A stretch of DNA of 64,000 nucleotides, from NCBI GenBank assembly GCA_964270895.1, contig OZ185450.1. One strand, 5' to 3'. The notes beneath the pieces were generated by a model. That model was not told the DNA's origin and did not search any database. It saw nothing but the letters and a program-made list of their open reading frames with translations. Positions 47,820 through 60,637 of this stretch are shown piece after piece; positions within the stretch are counted from its first letter, which is position 1, and every line of letters begins with the position of its first letter. The translations under genes and the position numbers were made by a program. The DNA is from Podarcis filfolensis. Lineage: Eukaryota.

Positions 47820-48841
47820 AGAATCATGTGGATTAGCTTTTCCTGGACTTCAGACAACAGATGGAGAGGAGCAGGAAAGGGGTTGCATGCCTGAATTCAC
47901 TCTCACCTCCCCACGAAGAAAACTACAAAATATGGACTCCTAATTTTTAGTTTCTTTAAAAATGGCACATAGCCCTTTTAAAGCTACGTGAAAGGGGAAC
48001 CAGCATAGACTTTGCATTCCAAAGCAAAATTATCAGATCGTAGTGAAGTGTAAAGAAAGAAAAAGAATGATTACACCCTGGCCACCTTTTGGCAGAATGC
48101 AAAAAAAGTTTGCTTTCTTCGTATGCATGAACATAAAGATTTTTATTTTTGCATTTGAACATTGGAAAAGAGAAACTGTCCCTCCTCCAGCCCCTTAGAA
48201 ACCCCGTATTTCAGTTTCTGAAACCCCGCCATCTGCTTCCACAGTTTTAAATCTACTTGCACTGTCTCATGTACTAGAGACATTATTTCATAAAATAACG
48301 CAGGCTACTGAATTCTGTACATTTATGAATTTCTTATCAACTACCAAATCATGAAATCCTTTCCTAGGGTCAAGGAGGGGGTCTGTGTCTTTCCATCACC
48401 CATCTCCAAATACACAGGATATGTATTTCTACATATAACGTGCATTATAACATAGCACTGGGGCCTGCAAATGGTACTCACGGATACCATCAGACAACTT
48501 TTCCAAGCCCAACAGGAGCCACTGCCACTCCCAATTTATATTTTTTTATTTGTCAGGAAGGGATCTGTTTTGTGGCAGTGTTTTATTTGTTGGGGGGGGG
48601 GGGTGGTGTTCTACCGGCTGCTGTGGGTGGGGAGTCTCAGCGATCACCAAATTTTCTTCTGTAAAACAGTTGTTTTGTGGTGCTTCCACATGCAGAAAAA
48701 AGATAAGAGCCGCTTTGCACATCCATCTGTGATGCCAGAGTCAACAGGTATGCAGAAGATGTACCTCTGAACACGTATTTGTGTGCTTACAACACATTTT
48801 AAGGTACATGTCTTCACTTTGATGTGAGTACCAGGTTTGTA

Positions 48842-48987
48842 CAGGTGAAACTCGAAAAATTAGAATATCGTGGAAAAGTTCATTTATTTCAGTAATTCAA
48901 CTTAAAAGGTGAAACTAATATATAAGATAGACTCATGATATGCAAAGCGAGATAAGTCAAGCCTTTATTTGTTATAATTGTGATGAT
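48842..48987 (+). mobile_element. Left end of a Tc1-like DNA transposon (truncated)
   Basis: TA|caggtgaaactcgaaaaattagaatatcgtggaaaagttcatttatttcagtaattcaact resembles recalled Tc1 left termini. No right end seen. Confidence 0.6.
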
Positions 48988-49287
48988 CAGAGGACACCCA
49001 GGTTCAAATCCCACCCCATCCCCAGCCATGAAGCTCACCGAGTTATTTTGGGTCAGTCATTCACTGAGCCTGCTCTACCGCACAGGGATGTGGGGAAAAT
49101 AAAATGAAGGAACAAAACCATGTAACACCGCCCTGGGATCCTTGGAGGTAGGTGGGATAAAATATAATTAACATATTGCAGAATTCTGCCCCACAGACAA
49201 CTTGAGTATAAGTTCCTAGTTACCATTTACCCCCCCCAAAAAAAATCAAACACAAAATGCATGCATATGGAAATCAGATCAAATACT

Positions 49288-49293
49288 TTTATT
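49288..49293 (-). terminator. Candidate polyadenylation signal of SLC25A37
   Basis: First canonical minus-strand AATAAA I found downstream of the stop, followed by a GU/U-rich tract. The upstream sequence is AU-rich and UTR-like, with a PUF motif TGTATATA at 49359-49366. Confidence 0.55.
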
Positions 49294-52200
49294 TCTTAAG
49301 CTCCAGTGTTTTAACTGTAGCAGCATTTCTCAGAAAAACAACTTTCTCCCCTGTTAAATATATACATATACATATATGTAGAAACATTCTTTTAAAAAGT
49401 AGACATTGGTAAATACATAAAAAGGCAATTTTGGAAGAACAAAATATCAATTTTTAAAAATCCACCCTTGTTTTTTAAAAAATAAATGTGCGTTTATAGC
49501 ATGCAAAGTAGCAATGTGTGCACTTGTCTGCTTTGTTTCTTAAAGACCTTTCAAAAAACTTTAGCTGCTAGAATATTTTAATTTCTTAAGCCAAGCCAAG
49601 ACATGGCATAGCTGAAGATGGCTTTAGAGCAGAGGCGGGGAGCGAGTCCCCCCCCCCCGATGTCATTGGGCTCCCCGGGCCCATCAGCCTCAGCCACCAT
49701 TAGCAATGGTCAGGAATGATGGCAGGTGTAGTCTGTAATCCCCGGAGAACACATTTCCTACTCTGTTTTAGAAGGGGAGCTCCAGTCCCAGCCACTGGTC
49801 ATTAATGAGTATTCAGATTTGTTTGTTTTTTAAAAAACGAAGAGAGCATCCCACTGGTGGCTGTCAGAATCTTCCCCAGCTGCTTCACAGATTAGCTTCT
49901 GAGAAGGCAGCCAAGTTCATGGTGACATCCTAGCCTCTGATCTAGATTGCAAGGAAAGCAATTCAAAATACATCAAGGGAGACCAGTCTTTAAATGTAAG
50001 CCTGTCCCCAATTGTGTGCACAGTGGTTGGTGAGGTTTAAAGCAGAAAACATGATGACGAGGCTCCTGAACCCTGCCCTCCCCATTCTACCCGACACACA
50101 CACCTTCTTACAGAATTACAATCTGGCTAGGGAAAATGACCTCAGGAGCCAGACTGCTGGTGTGCACATGTAGGGCTGGAACATAGCCAGAAGGATGGTC
50201 CAGCAAGCCCCCACCCCCCATGCCTCTTTTGTATTTTGAATCATATTCCCAACAGAATAAAAAATACTAGCCAGCAGAGTTTTGGGCTGGGTCAGTTATA
50301 TTTGGTTGATTTTAGACTGTTACTGTCCTTAAGGTCACAGGCATGTATTAACGGCAGCAGCATAAGGGACACGGCTACAGATCTCCCTCCCGCAGCAACT
50401 TCTGTCTTCTCATGCATGCATTCTGCAACATTAGCAAGCACAGATGCTGCTGTGAACTGGATCCCTGATTGGCTACCTTGTGCTGCTTCTTTTTCAGTCA
50501 CACCACTAGTCAATGTGTGAGCTGATTCCAAACTGCTTTTCCCAGAGGCCTATTTTCCAACTCAACTGGGAGACTGCTTCACACTTTCTTGTGATAGAGG
50601 GTTTTGTGCATAAAATGTTTTAAAATGTGCAGTGATTAAGCAGGCATGTGGCATAACCAACATGCTACAGACCCTTGCAGCATGTTCCTGTAGCAGAAGA
50701 CTTGTGGTTATCCACCAGTCGCTTGGGCAAAAGCAACTCTGATCTACGAATAGAAAGTTGGGTCCAATTCAAAAAAATCTATGTCACTAGTTCTGTGCAC
50801 AGTTCATCCAAGGCAAGCCCTGTCCAAACATACACATCCAACAAATTTCTGAAAAGGAGGGATTTTCAAAAGCAGCTTGTAGTAAGGCATTGAGCAGGGC
50901 GGCTGAGGGTGCATCCCTACTATTCAAAGGGGGAAACAATTGGCCATGAATACTTGCCCTAGTCCTGAGCATTCTGCTGAACCCATGTCTGGGTTGTAGC
51001 ACTTCAGAATGTAAGAGGGAGGTTTACATTATATATCAAGTGTGATGGAACCTCCAGATGTTGTTGCACTAAAACTCCCATCATCCCCATCTAGAATGGG
51101 CACTGGTAGAGTTAACAGGAGCGGGAATCCAATATCTGGAGGGCCACAGGTTCCCCACCCGTGTCCGTACAAAAATTCTATTGGCAAAGAAATCTAGACT
51201 GTACGGGAACCTAGCCTAGTCTTCTGCCTGACATGCTGGGACAGGTATAGAAATCAATTTTAAATTTCAGTCCTCAAGACCAAGGTTATTGCTAAACTCT
51301 CCTCTGGTTTGTATGACACTCTGGAATGTCTTTTCCCTCTACATTCCAAAGGCTGAAAATGCTACATACACACTGTTAAGAGAATGAAAAATAATCCTAT
51401 TGATTTTGCAACCTAATGTCCATTTTCAGTTGAACAAACAGGCAACTAGCCATGATGCACACACATTCGTCTTCCAGCAGTAGCTGCTATAATAATTCTG
51501 TTTTCCCCAGTCAAGTAATGCACTAACCCTGCTTTTAGCCAACGTGCCTCTAGCTCTCATACATCTCCAAAAAGGCAACAGCAAAGATTATTCCCCAACA
51601 ATAGGAAGTTACTCAAGGGCCAAGTTACTAAATGTATGCTGGGACTGCTGTCTGCATTTATATCCAAGTGATCAGTGCCTGTATTCAGAAGGGCAATGAA
51701 AATCAGCATGCAAGTACATTGCAGAAGAACATTTGACTGAAGGTATTGAGTGGTACCTTTAAAAAAATCCTTCAGCTTCCTGGAAATCATTCAGTGAGAA
51801 GTATTATCAGAATGGTTTTAAAACTTAGTGCAAGCTTGACAACAAATTCAATATTTACTCGGGGTAGAAGCATTGTAGTTAATGGACATGTTTAGCTTAG
51901 GTTCATTAATTTCAATGGGTCTACTCTGTGTAGGATACAGTGGAATACCACCCAAAACCTCCTTCTGCTCCAAACATATATGCTAAGAAAGCTGAGAAGC
52001 AAGAGACACACGATTTTGAAAATGTTTAAGTAGTGATTCAAGAGGTGTTTTACAAATTCAGCTGTGCACAATCAATATTTGACCACCAGGAACAGAATCC
52101 TCTTTTTGCCAGGGAATACAAACACACACACACACACACACACATGGAAGAGAGAAACCCACCTAAATCAAAATAAATGCCACAGCAGGGTGAGGGGAGA

Positions 52201-52629
52201 TCAAAATTTGTCTGATATAACCATCAAATGGCAGGAGGCTTTGGGGCTGGTTATCCCTCCACAGGAAGACCTTAGGACACCTTCAGAATGCAGATGATCA
52301 TCCCTGTCAAGTAAAGGGCAATTCCAGGTGTGCTTTAGCCAGTGATCCCGGCAAGTTCTAGGGCAAACCTCCGTGTTACACCCAACCCTGAAGACAACAC
52401 TTGTGTCAGTTACTCCCCGGCTGCCCATCCCAGTAGGAACACTTCCCCCAAGTGGTGAGATCAGGCGCCTGTGCTGTGTGGACATACAATCACAACATGG
52501 TAAAGGTGACCATACTGACCATGTCAGGATGAGGTGGGGAGATGGAGGGAAAATTTACATGGGGTGCTCTTTCAAGAACCAGCCCCATATCACGCACACC
52601 CTGTAGTTCTGCCACAAATATATTATAAA

Positions 52630-52806
52630 CAGTGCTTTTTGTGACAGTACTGACCAGTATGGAGTACCATCACCGTTTTTTCCCTGCCCATGGTAGCCAT
52701 TTTGTACTGAAACTCATGGTTCTTTTTAAAGATATGAGTACCGGCACCCGGCACCTTTTGGGTCTTTTCTGCACTCTCCCCCCCCCCCCCCCGCAAAAAA
52801 GCACTG
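52630..52806. mobile_element. hAT-type MITE
   Basis: TIRs cagtgcttttt...aaaaagcactg; 8-bp TSD attataaa/attagaaa (7/8). Confidence 0.8.
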
Positions 52807-53296
52807 ATTAGAAAGATTTGGGATGGCGGCAAAAGGTAGTAGCCAATATGCAAATGAGCAGCAGCAGCTCTAAGCCCACCATAACCCACCAAAGAAAGAA
52901 AAGGAACCTCTGAGGTATTTTTGTTTCACTTCTCGCTGCTGAGGAAGCAGACTGGAATAATCTGAAGCAGTTGTGCATTAGTATTTATAATTAAAGTGAT
53001 CAGGTTGAGCTTTGGCACTTTCAAGCACAAAAGCAACCATCTACAACCCCTAGACTTGGAGCAGCCTTCATCCTCATGGCGCCCACCAGGTGTATGGAAC
53101 TACCATTCCCATCAGGCTGATCTGCAGCCAGTCCACCAAGTGCATTGAGATTACTATGAAATAGCTGCTATTTATAAATAACTATTATTTATAAAGTGTA
53201 TAGACCCAGGCACTTTGGAAGAGGCAGCCCGTTACAATTATTTCTTATATATTGTTCAGTTAAATCCCAACAGGATTTCTTCTTCTTTTTTAAGTA

Positions 53297-53802
53297 CCGT
53301 ATTGACCCAAATATAAGCCGCACCTGCAAATAAGCCACACCTATAAAATTCAAAGGGGGAAAAGAAGAAAAGACAATACCCGAATATAAGCCACTCCCTT
53401 AAAATTCTGCAGGCACTCACACCTGTAAATGGCAAATGTAGAAGAAAATCCTACGGGTACTATTCCCCCACGCTCCGGGGGTGCTTCCTGGGGGGGGGAG
53501 CTGTGCTGCTTTGCCGGCGGCCTCCCCCCCATCCCCCCGACGCCTTGGGGGAGGCGTGGGAGCCACAGTCGGGATGGGTACCATTGTCCCACACCCCCAA
53601 CAGCCCTCGTGCTGGCATCTGGGGGGGGGCGCTCTCTCCATTCCGGCCCTGGAAGGCAAGGCAGGGCCACGGACCTAGCACAGCTGTTTCAGCAGTGATG
53701 TCGTAAAAGCCAACTTCTGTAAGATTGCGAATTTAAGCCACACTTTAACTTTTCATGGTTGGAATTGGGGGGGGAGTGTGGCTTATATTCGGGCAAATAC
53801 GG
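53297..53802. mobile_element. Tigger/pogo-like (Tc1/mariner superfamily) MITE
   Basis: TIRs ccgtattgacccaaatataagccgcac...gtgtggcttatattcgggcaaatacgg with TA on both sides. Confidence 0.85.
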
Positions 53803-53888
53803 TATCTTGCTTTAGAATTGTACATTTCCCACATACAGGGATGTGTAGCACACAACAAACGGGACCATCCAGTTGCAATCCTGATTTG

Positions 53889-53893
<5 letters not shown>

Positions 53894-53939
<46 letters not shown>
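53894..53939. repeat. (TA)23 microsatellite
   Basis: Direct reading. Confidence 0.93.
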
Positions 53940-53944
<5 letters not shown>

Positions 53945-53950
53945 AAAATA

Positions 53951-54183
53951 CAGTGGTACCTCGAGTTACAAACGCCTCAGGTTACAAATGCTTCATGTTA
54001 TAAACTCCGCTCGAGTTACCTCGTATTCAGAACTTTACCCCAGGATGAGAACGGAAATCGTGTGCCAGCAGCACAGCGGCAGCAAGAGGCCCCATTAGCA
54101 AAAGCACGCCTCTAGTTAAGAACAGTTTCAGGTCAAGAACGGGCCTCCGGAATGAAGTAAGTTCGTAACTAGAGGTACCACTG
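53951..54183. mobile_element. Tc1/mariner-type MITE
   Basis: TIRs cagtggtacctcgagttac...gtaactagaggtaccactg with TA TSD. Same terminal family as 33973-34224. Confidence 0.88.
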
Positions 54184-55591
54184 TAAACTGTACTCTTTGT
54201 ATGGACAAAACGTTTCTGGGACAGCACAAAAGTTGTACATGTTCATAAAAAAGCAGACACAAAGCTATCACAAGTGCTAGAACTAACTCTACATACCTTC
54301 ATTTGTACAGGCCAGAAGGCCAAGAGCAACATCACTGCTCTCTCTTTTTTTTGGGGGGGGGGGAGAGTGAAGTTTGTCTCTGCCTCTGGCAAAGGCTTTT
54401 TGGTTCAGAGGCATTATAACTGTACCGCAACAAAGAGCTGCCTTTTCTTGTCAGTCTTTTTTGCCTTTTCCTTTTTAAAAAACAACAACAAAAACTAAGA
54501 AGTGATTCAAGGCAAGTTTTCCTAAGGAAATGTAAACTGATTCCCCACCCCTCAGCACACTTGCAGGAGTGAAATTTGCAAAAAAACACACACACACACA
54601 CAGAGCTGCAAAAGGTCTTGGACAGGCACAGGGGTCTTAGTGGGGGAAAGTCACACAACACCTGTTCAGAAACTGAGATGCAATTTGGTTTTAAAGTACC
54701 ATCAGAGGCATTTAAGGGTTTGCTAAAACACAGTTTTATGCAAAACTACGTACTCTTGGTCTTCTACTCGGTATTAGTCAAAACTGGTTGAAGTTTCCAG
54801 AAGTGCCTACCGATCCCAATACATTAAAAGGGAAATGACTCACATAAGGCAGTTTCTTAAGATTTCAAAGTCCTACGCCTCTTTGAGTATCCAGTTTCAG
54901 AAGAATTTAAGGAGCTGTTTAAGGATTGATAATTCTTTACCACTATGACACTGTACAACAAGTGATGATTAAAGCCATTCTGGTTTAGGAGGGGTGGGGA
55001 TAATGCTATTCACAATTTTTCAAAATAGTGCAGAAGCCTCTTCTGACACACACACAAAAAGAACTCTTGTTCAACTGTTAAAACTCTTAAAAGCCACCCA
55101 ACTCAGTGATATAGAAAAATAAAAGGATAAACATTATCCATCAATTTATATCGCATAATTTCTCTATATAGAACTTTGTTCAGCTAAAAGGCTCAATCTT
55201 TTACATTTTCAAAGAGGGGAAAGTCCAATCCACAAGAACTCTCTTTGCCCCTTGCCCCTCAGGGGCAGCCCTCAAAAGCATTTCAAGCCTTGTAGAACCC
55301 TGTACAAACTGGTCACAGTTATAAACTCCAAATAAAACTATAAATACTTGTTCAAGCCAAACAATCCTTGCACAATATGGTTTAACAAAAGCAGGGGGGA
55401 AGGTACAGAATCAATTTCTCTGGCATCTAAGAAAACACACACACACACACACACACACAGCAGTCCCCAGGGGTGAATCTACCAGAAACCTTTACACAGT
55501 CACATAAAGAGCCCTGGAGAATTCCAGCACCCCCACAAAGGGACTCTGCCGTCTCAGAGGTTCTGGGTTGCAGCTGCAGCACCAGGACATG

Positions 55592-56112
55592 TCAGCACGG
55601 CGTCCCTTTCTCCAGTTCACGCTTTGTAAGTGCATATTTGAAGAATTCATACACAGACCAGGAAATGGCAGTTGAAGGCATCTGGTATATCACCCTTGCC
55701 TGGACCCCTTTAAAATACCCAGCGATGCCCCCCAGCTGGTACACTGTCCTAAAGGCATTGGCCATTCCAGAGAGATGTCCGCTAACGTTCACAGAACTCA
55801 ACACCATGTTCTCTTGCGTGTTGAGGAGAGTCTTGCAGACGTCCAGGGGAGTCGTGGCGGCAGCCGCCACAGCCCCAGCCACAGCCCCCGATATGATGTG
55901 CGTACTTGGATTGTACTGTCGGCAGGGGTTGATCTGCTCCTGCATGAACTCATAGGTCATGAAGTGAATGGCTTGGAAGGGGATGTTCATGGTGAGCTGG
56001 GTGCTGTAGCTCCGGTAGAAGGCACCCATCCCTTCCGTCCGATGCACCGTCCGGATGCACTCCAGGACCGTCTTGTACGGAGAGTTGTACATCTGCATGC
56101 GCTGCTTCACCA
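55592..56112 (-). CDS. SLC25A37: Mitoferrin-1, last coding exon (exon 4)
   Basis: (V)[50 protein letters not shown]...[15 protein letters not shown]...[28 protein letters not shown]...stop. Carrier motif PxDxxK. Acceptor CAG at 56115-56113, phase 1. Confidence 0.96.
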
Positions 56113-56903
56113 CTGGCTCAGTGGGCAGGAAGGCACAGCGAGGTGTTGGGTGCGCCCCGAGCAGGGAAACAAAAGAAATAAGAAAAGCCAAATTAGATGC
56201 AATTCACAGATTTCGGCGGTGCGTACCAACCAATAACAGAATAGTAAATAATGGCCATTGTAATTTCCCAGATAATATATTTGAGGAAGACAAAGTCCCA
56301 AAAGTTTAATTTCAGAATTACAAGATCTGAAAAGTTTAAAATTTTAAACTTGCAAAGCCAAATACACTAAAGTATCTGGCAGATTAAATATCAATCACCC
56401 AATCCACTGTCAAGTTTAAAGTAGATTTCATTTGGATTCTCAAGGCTGCCAAGCGGGGACATTTGTCAGTCACAAAAGTGTCTGTATCAGACAGAGGCCA
56501 CATTCAGACCTTACCTTTACAGCACTATGGTGCCACCTTAAACAGCCATGCCTTCCCCCAACAAATGCTGGACGCTGAGAGCTTTTAGGAGACCCCTATT
56601 CCCCTCACAGAGCTATTATTTCCAGCATGGTTTGCCAATCAATGCCTCTTCACAGGGAACTCTGAGAACTGTAGCTCTGTGAGGGTAAGAGGGGCTTAAC
56701 AAACTACAGCTCCCAGAATTCTTGGATGGAAGCCGTGGCTGTTTAAAGTGGCATCATGGAACTTAAAAGCATGGCGTGATGGGAGCTGGAGTTGCCCTTT
56801 CTGAAACAAAACTAATGTAATTGCTCTAAATGTACCGTTTCAATTCCCAGGTGACCCTCGCAGAAATTTGGGAGTCATTTGCCAGTCAGTACTGACAATG
56901 CTA

Positions 56904-57261
56904 GGGACGCGGGTGGCGCTGTGGGTTAAACCACAGAGCCTAGGACTTGCCGATCAAAAGGTTGGTGGTTCGAATCCCCACGAAGGGGTGAGCTCCCATT
57001 GCTCAGTCCCTGCTCCTGCCAACCTAGCAGTTCGAAAGCACATCAAAGTGCAAGTAGATAAATAGGTACTGCTCCAGCAGGAAGGTAAACGGCATTTCCA
57101 TGCGCTGCTCTGGTTCGCCAGAAGCCGCTTAGTCATGATGGCCACATGACCCGGAAGCTGTACACCGGCTCCCTCGGCCAATAAAGCAAGATGAGCACCA
57201 CAACCCCAGAGTCGGTCACGACTGGACCTAATGGTCAGGGGTCCCTTTACCCTTACCTTTT
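56904..57261 (+). mobile_element. Full-length Sauria SINE in SLC25A37 intron 3
   Basis: gggacgcgggtggcgctgtgggttaaacc head, (TTACC)-type tail, 13-bp TSD tactgacaatgct (56890-56902 and 57262-57274). Confidence 0.93.
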
Positions 57262-57496
57262 TACTGACAATGCTGAACTGCCTGTGTCTCCCAATCTGCA
57301 ACATTTCATTTACTTATTTGACTCCATTTGTGAATAGTTTCCCATAAAAACTCATGGGGGGGGGGAATCAACAATAAAACAGTTTAAAATGAAAAAACAA
57401 TTCAAAGCACTATGTAGGTCTTATGAGTTCCTGGCAATTTTAATTCTCCTTTCCTCCTCTCAACACCACGGAACCATTGATAGGCGAGGGCATTAC

Positions 57497-57553
57497 CTTC
57501 AGCTGGATTCATAACACCATCATGGAGTAGGGTAGCTAAGCTCCCAGCCATTC
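57497..57553 (-). CDS. SLC25A37: Mitoferrin-1, exon 3 (57 nt)
   Basis: (G)MAGSLATLLHDGVMNPAE, flanked by tgtgcag| and |gtaatg, phase 1-1. Same size as the mammalian exon. Confidence 0.95.
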
Positions 57554-59175
57554 CTGCACAAACATACAAAAAAGACAAGTCCCCTTTCACAAATCAATCC
57601 TCAACAATTTGCCTTTCCTTTTGCACCCAAATGAGCTCTTGAATGCACAATACATAATCACCCTTATTTATGCAACATCATCAGGAATCACATTGCTCCT
57701 TTTAAAAAGAAAAAGAAAAACAGCCCCCACAACACTTTTATATTAAAAAGCCACAGTAGACATATGAAAGCATTCACCATTTGCAAAACTACAGCGCAGC
57801 AACTTATAAGAGACCATCTGGGGGAAGAATGGTTCTTCTTTGGCAGTTCGTTCTTATGAAATTCATCTGTGCAGTTGTGCAAAGCAAGTCTGTGTTTTAA
57901 ACTGTCTACCTGCCCATACTGACTTCCAGGTACACCTACCTATGACGAAGTTGTTATGAAAAAGTCGGGGGGGGGAGGGAGCAACCGCAATCTCAAACCA
58001 AAACACAAGAAGATAAACCTCAAAAGATACTCAACAAAAGACGCATTCTTATTTGCACTCCCAATTTGCATTTCTGAATTAAGTCTTAACATATTTCAAA
58101 TATGATACTGGATACGTAAAACATAACATTATTAAGATTATGTACAGCCATGACATGCTATTTAAAACACTTTTCTAAAGTGTCCCAATTGGATCAACTG
58201 AAAATAAATAAATCCTATTTGTTTCAGAACACTGTTGTTTTTTTAAAGTTTTTTTATCCCTCCATTATTCTTCTGTGGCTATGGCATCATGTTGTCATTC
58301 TGAGCAAGGGAAATATGCTAAGTGCTGCTCCCTTCAAACAATCCTTTAATGTGAGGGGAAAGGCAGGGGACAAATAAATATATAATCATAATGTTGGGGT
58401 ATGAGAGAGATTCCCCAGCACCAAGAAGACACAGTTCATTAGGTGTGACTGGCCACACAGCCAGCAATAGCTGACATGTCCCATGAAATGGCCATTGGGT
58501 TGCATCCAAAGAGGGTCCTGTTCAGAGTAGACCTACTGAAATTAATACACAAAGCTGACTTGGGTCCATTCATTTTAATGGGCCTACTCTAAGTTAGTTG
58601 AAAGCGACCCACTGTCTGCATCTGCTATATGCACTGGATTCTTTAAAACTGATTTCTGCATATTAAATAATATTTCAGAGGCACACTTTATATATATATA
58701 TATTTTAAAAACACCCTGCATAATACTATACACATTGACTTGTATTTTAGACCACCAAGCCTGAAATACTGACTGCATTTAAATTGGATGTTTTTCTACA
58801 TTAATCCATTAATCTGTGGTTACAAAGCCAGGCAGGTGCAAATTCAGAGAGCGAAGAATTTATTCCATGGGTTATTACTATAGTTCCCTCAAGAGTGGGA
58901 ATATCAGCACAGGCCCCAAATAAAACCTCACAAAAGAAAGGTCAGATACCTCCAAATACTGGGGGACAAAGCAAGAACAAAGGCATTTGGCTGGCTAGAG
59001 CAGAACGTAAGCTTCTGAAGATGACAGCCAAGAGAGGGAGGCAGGCAGGCAGACAAAGAGAATCGGGACCTTCTCCGCTTGGATTGCTCCTCCAGCCAAC
59101 TTTATGCTATAGATCACTTGTTTTAGTGTTTTATAATTCTAAGCCACCATGGCAACAGAGGCTGATTCCTTAGGG

Positions 59176-59676
59176 CAGAGGTTTTCAACCTTTTTGAGTC
59201 CATGGCTCCCTTGACCAACTACATTCTTTCTGCGGCTCCCCTGTGGGGCTCAGGAGTCCAGTTATGTCCCCCCTTGCCTGCAGAGCAGGCAGCCTCTCAC
59301 CCTTTTTCAAACACCCGCCCTTGTGAAGTGTTCCCTCTCTGAGCTGCCCCTCCCCTGCCCCACAGGGGCCTGGGACTTGTCTGTCCATTCCCAACAGCAA
59401 GGGCTGGAGGACTGGCTGGCTGGGCTCCCTCACCTGCTTGCTTGCTTACTCCAAGGCTGCCTCAGCTCCTGGCAACCAGCACCCCCTGGCCAGCCCCAGA
59501 AGCACCATTCGCCTGGGAAGCTTGTAGCCAGGGCTACAGCCACAAACAGCTGTGCAAGCCTTTGGGAGGCAGAGACGCAAGAGGGCATCAGAGGAGGGAG
59601 GGTAGGAAAGAGGGACAGAGGCCAGTGTTGCTCAAGGCACCCCAGGGTGCCACGGCACACAGGTTGAAAACCACTG
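59176..59676. mobile_element. hAT-type MITE in SLC25A37 intron 2
   Basis: TIRs cagaggttttcaacct...aggttgaaaaccactg; 8-bp TSD ccttaggg/tcttaggg (7/8). Confidence 0.85.
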
Positions 59677-60408
59677 TCTTAGGGTGAACAGGGCCCTGCC
59701 CCACCAACCTGTCTGCCGTCAGCCAGCCCCCAACTAGCCTGCCTTTCTACTTGAAACCAGTCTAAGGGGTGGCCATGCCTGTCAGCTTCCTCCTCCTCCT
59801 CCTCCTCCTCCTCCTCCTCCCTGGTCTCAGTGTTGCGCAAAACTAGAGCGGCTCTGGCTGCACTTACTGTTGATCTCCCTGCCTCCTGCCCTACAGTGTC
59901 CCAAAGGCACCAGCAACCACTGCGTCTTCGGTGCCCTGGCAGAAAGGCAATATATAAATGCAATGGATAGATTTAATAAGATTAGATACTGATTTAGAAG
60001 CAGAAGCAATTTGTCCCCCCCCCCCAAAAAAAGCCCTAAGAACCTGCTTCCCTAGAGGGCTGCCCAAGCTTGACCAACAAGTTGCTTCAAGTATCTGCTT
60101 CCTATGCCCCAACCAGAGTTGCTCAGGGTCAAATGCTTCTCCAACATCTAACTTTTAGGGGCTCTGGAGCACTACGTAACTTCTGTATTCTTCATACACG
60201 AGACTCTAACACTGCTGATGCCTGTGGAAAACAGACAAGGAGTTGAACGCAGCAAGAGAGCGCTTAGGCGGCCACCGGCGGAGTCTTCCCAGCGTCTTTT
60301 TTCCAGAAGCAGAAATGCAGGCGGAAGATGCCAGAGCGCAAGAAAAAAGTACACCATTTGAGAGGCAAGGGACCAGGATGGCACCCTGGGCTGGTTATGT
60401 CAATATAC

Positions 60409-60637
60409 CGTTGGCCAGGTGGCTGTTCCCTCCGTGGTGAATAATGTCACTGAAACTCCGTTTCATTTTCTCATAGCAGGCAAAGTACAGGGCATGTGCT
60501 GGGCCGGCTCCCACCACAGTCACGTTGATCCCTCGCAAGGGTCTCCAGAAGCCTTCCGTCTGGATCATCTTCTTCAGGGCCTCAAACACACTTCTGTACT
60601 GGGCTTTGGGGTCGGGCTGCAAACTCTGCATCCGGGT
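60409..60637 (-). CDS. SLC25A37: Mitoferrin-1, exon 2 (229 nt); exon 1 is outside the window
   Basis: [60 protein letters not shown]...GNSHLAN(G). Acceptor ttctag|, donor G|GTATAT. Confidence 0.96.

Noticed and set aside
49294-55591. Iron-responsive element in the SLC25A37 3'UTR
   Set aside because: The CAGUGN loops I inspected on the minus strand lack a pairing 5-bp upper stem. This was an eye scan only; a SIREs or Rfam search would be definitive.
55473-56236. Plus-strand ORFs 55473-55955 (160 aa) and 55775-56236 (153 aa)
   Set aside because: Antisense shadows of SLC25A37 exon 4 with no recognisable product.
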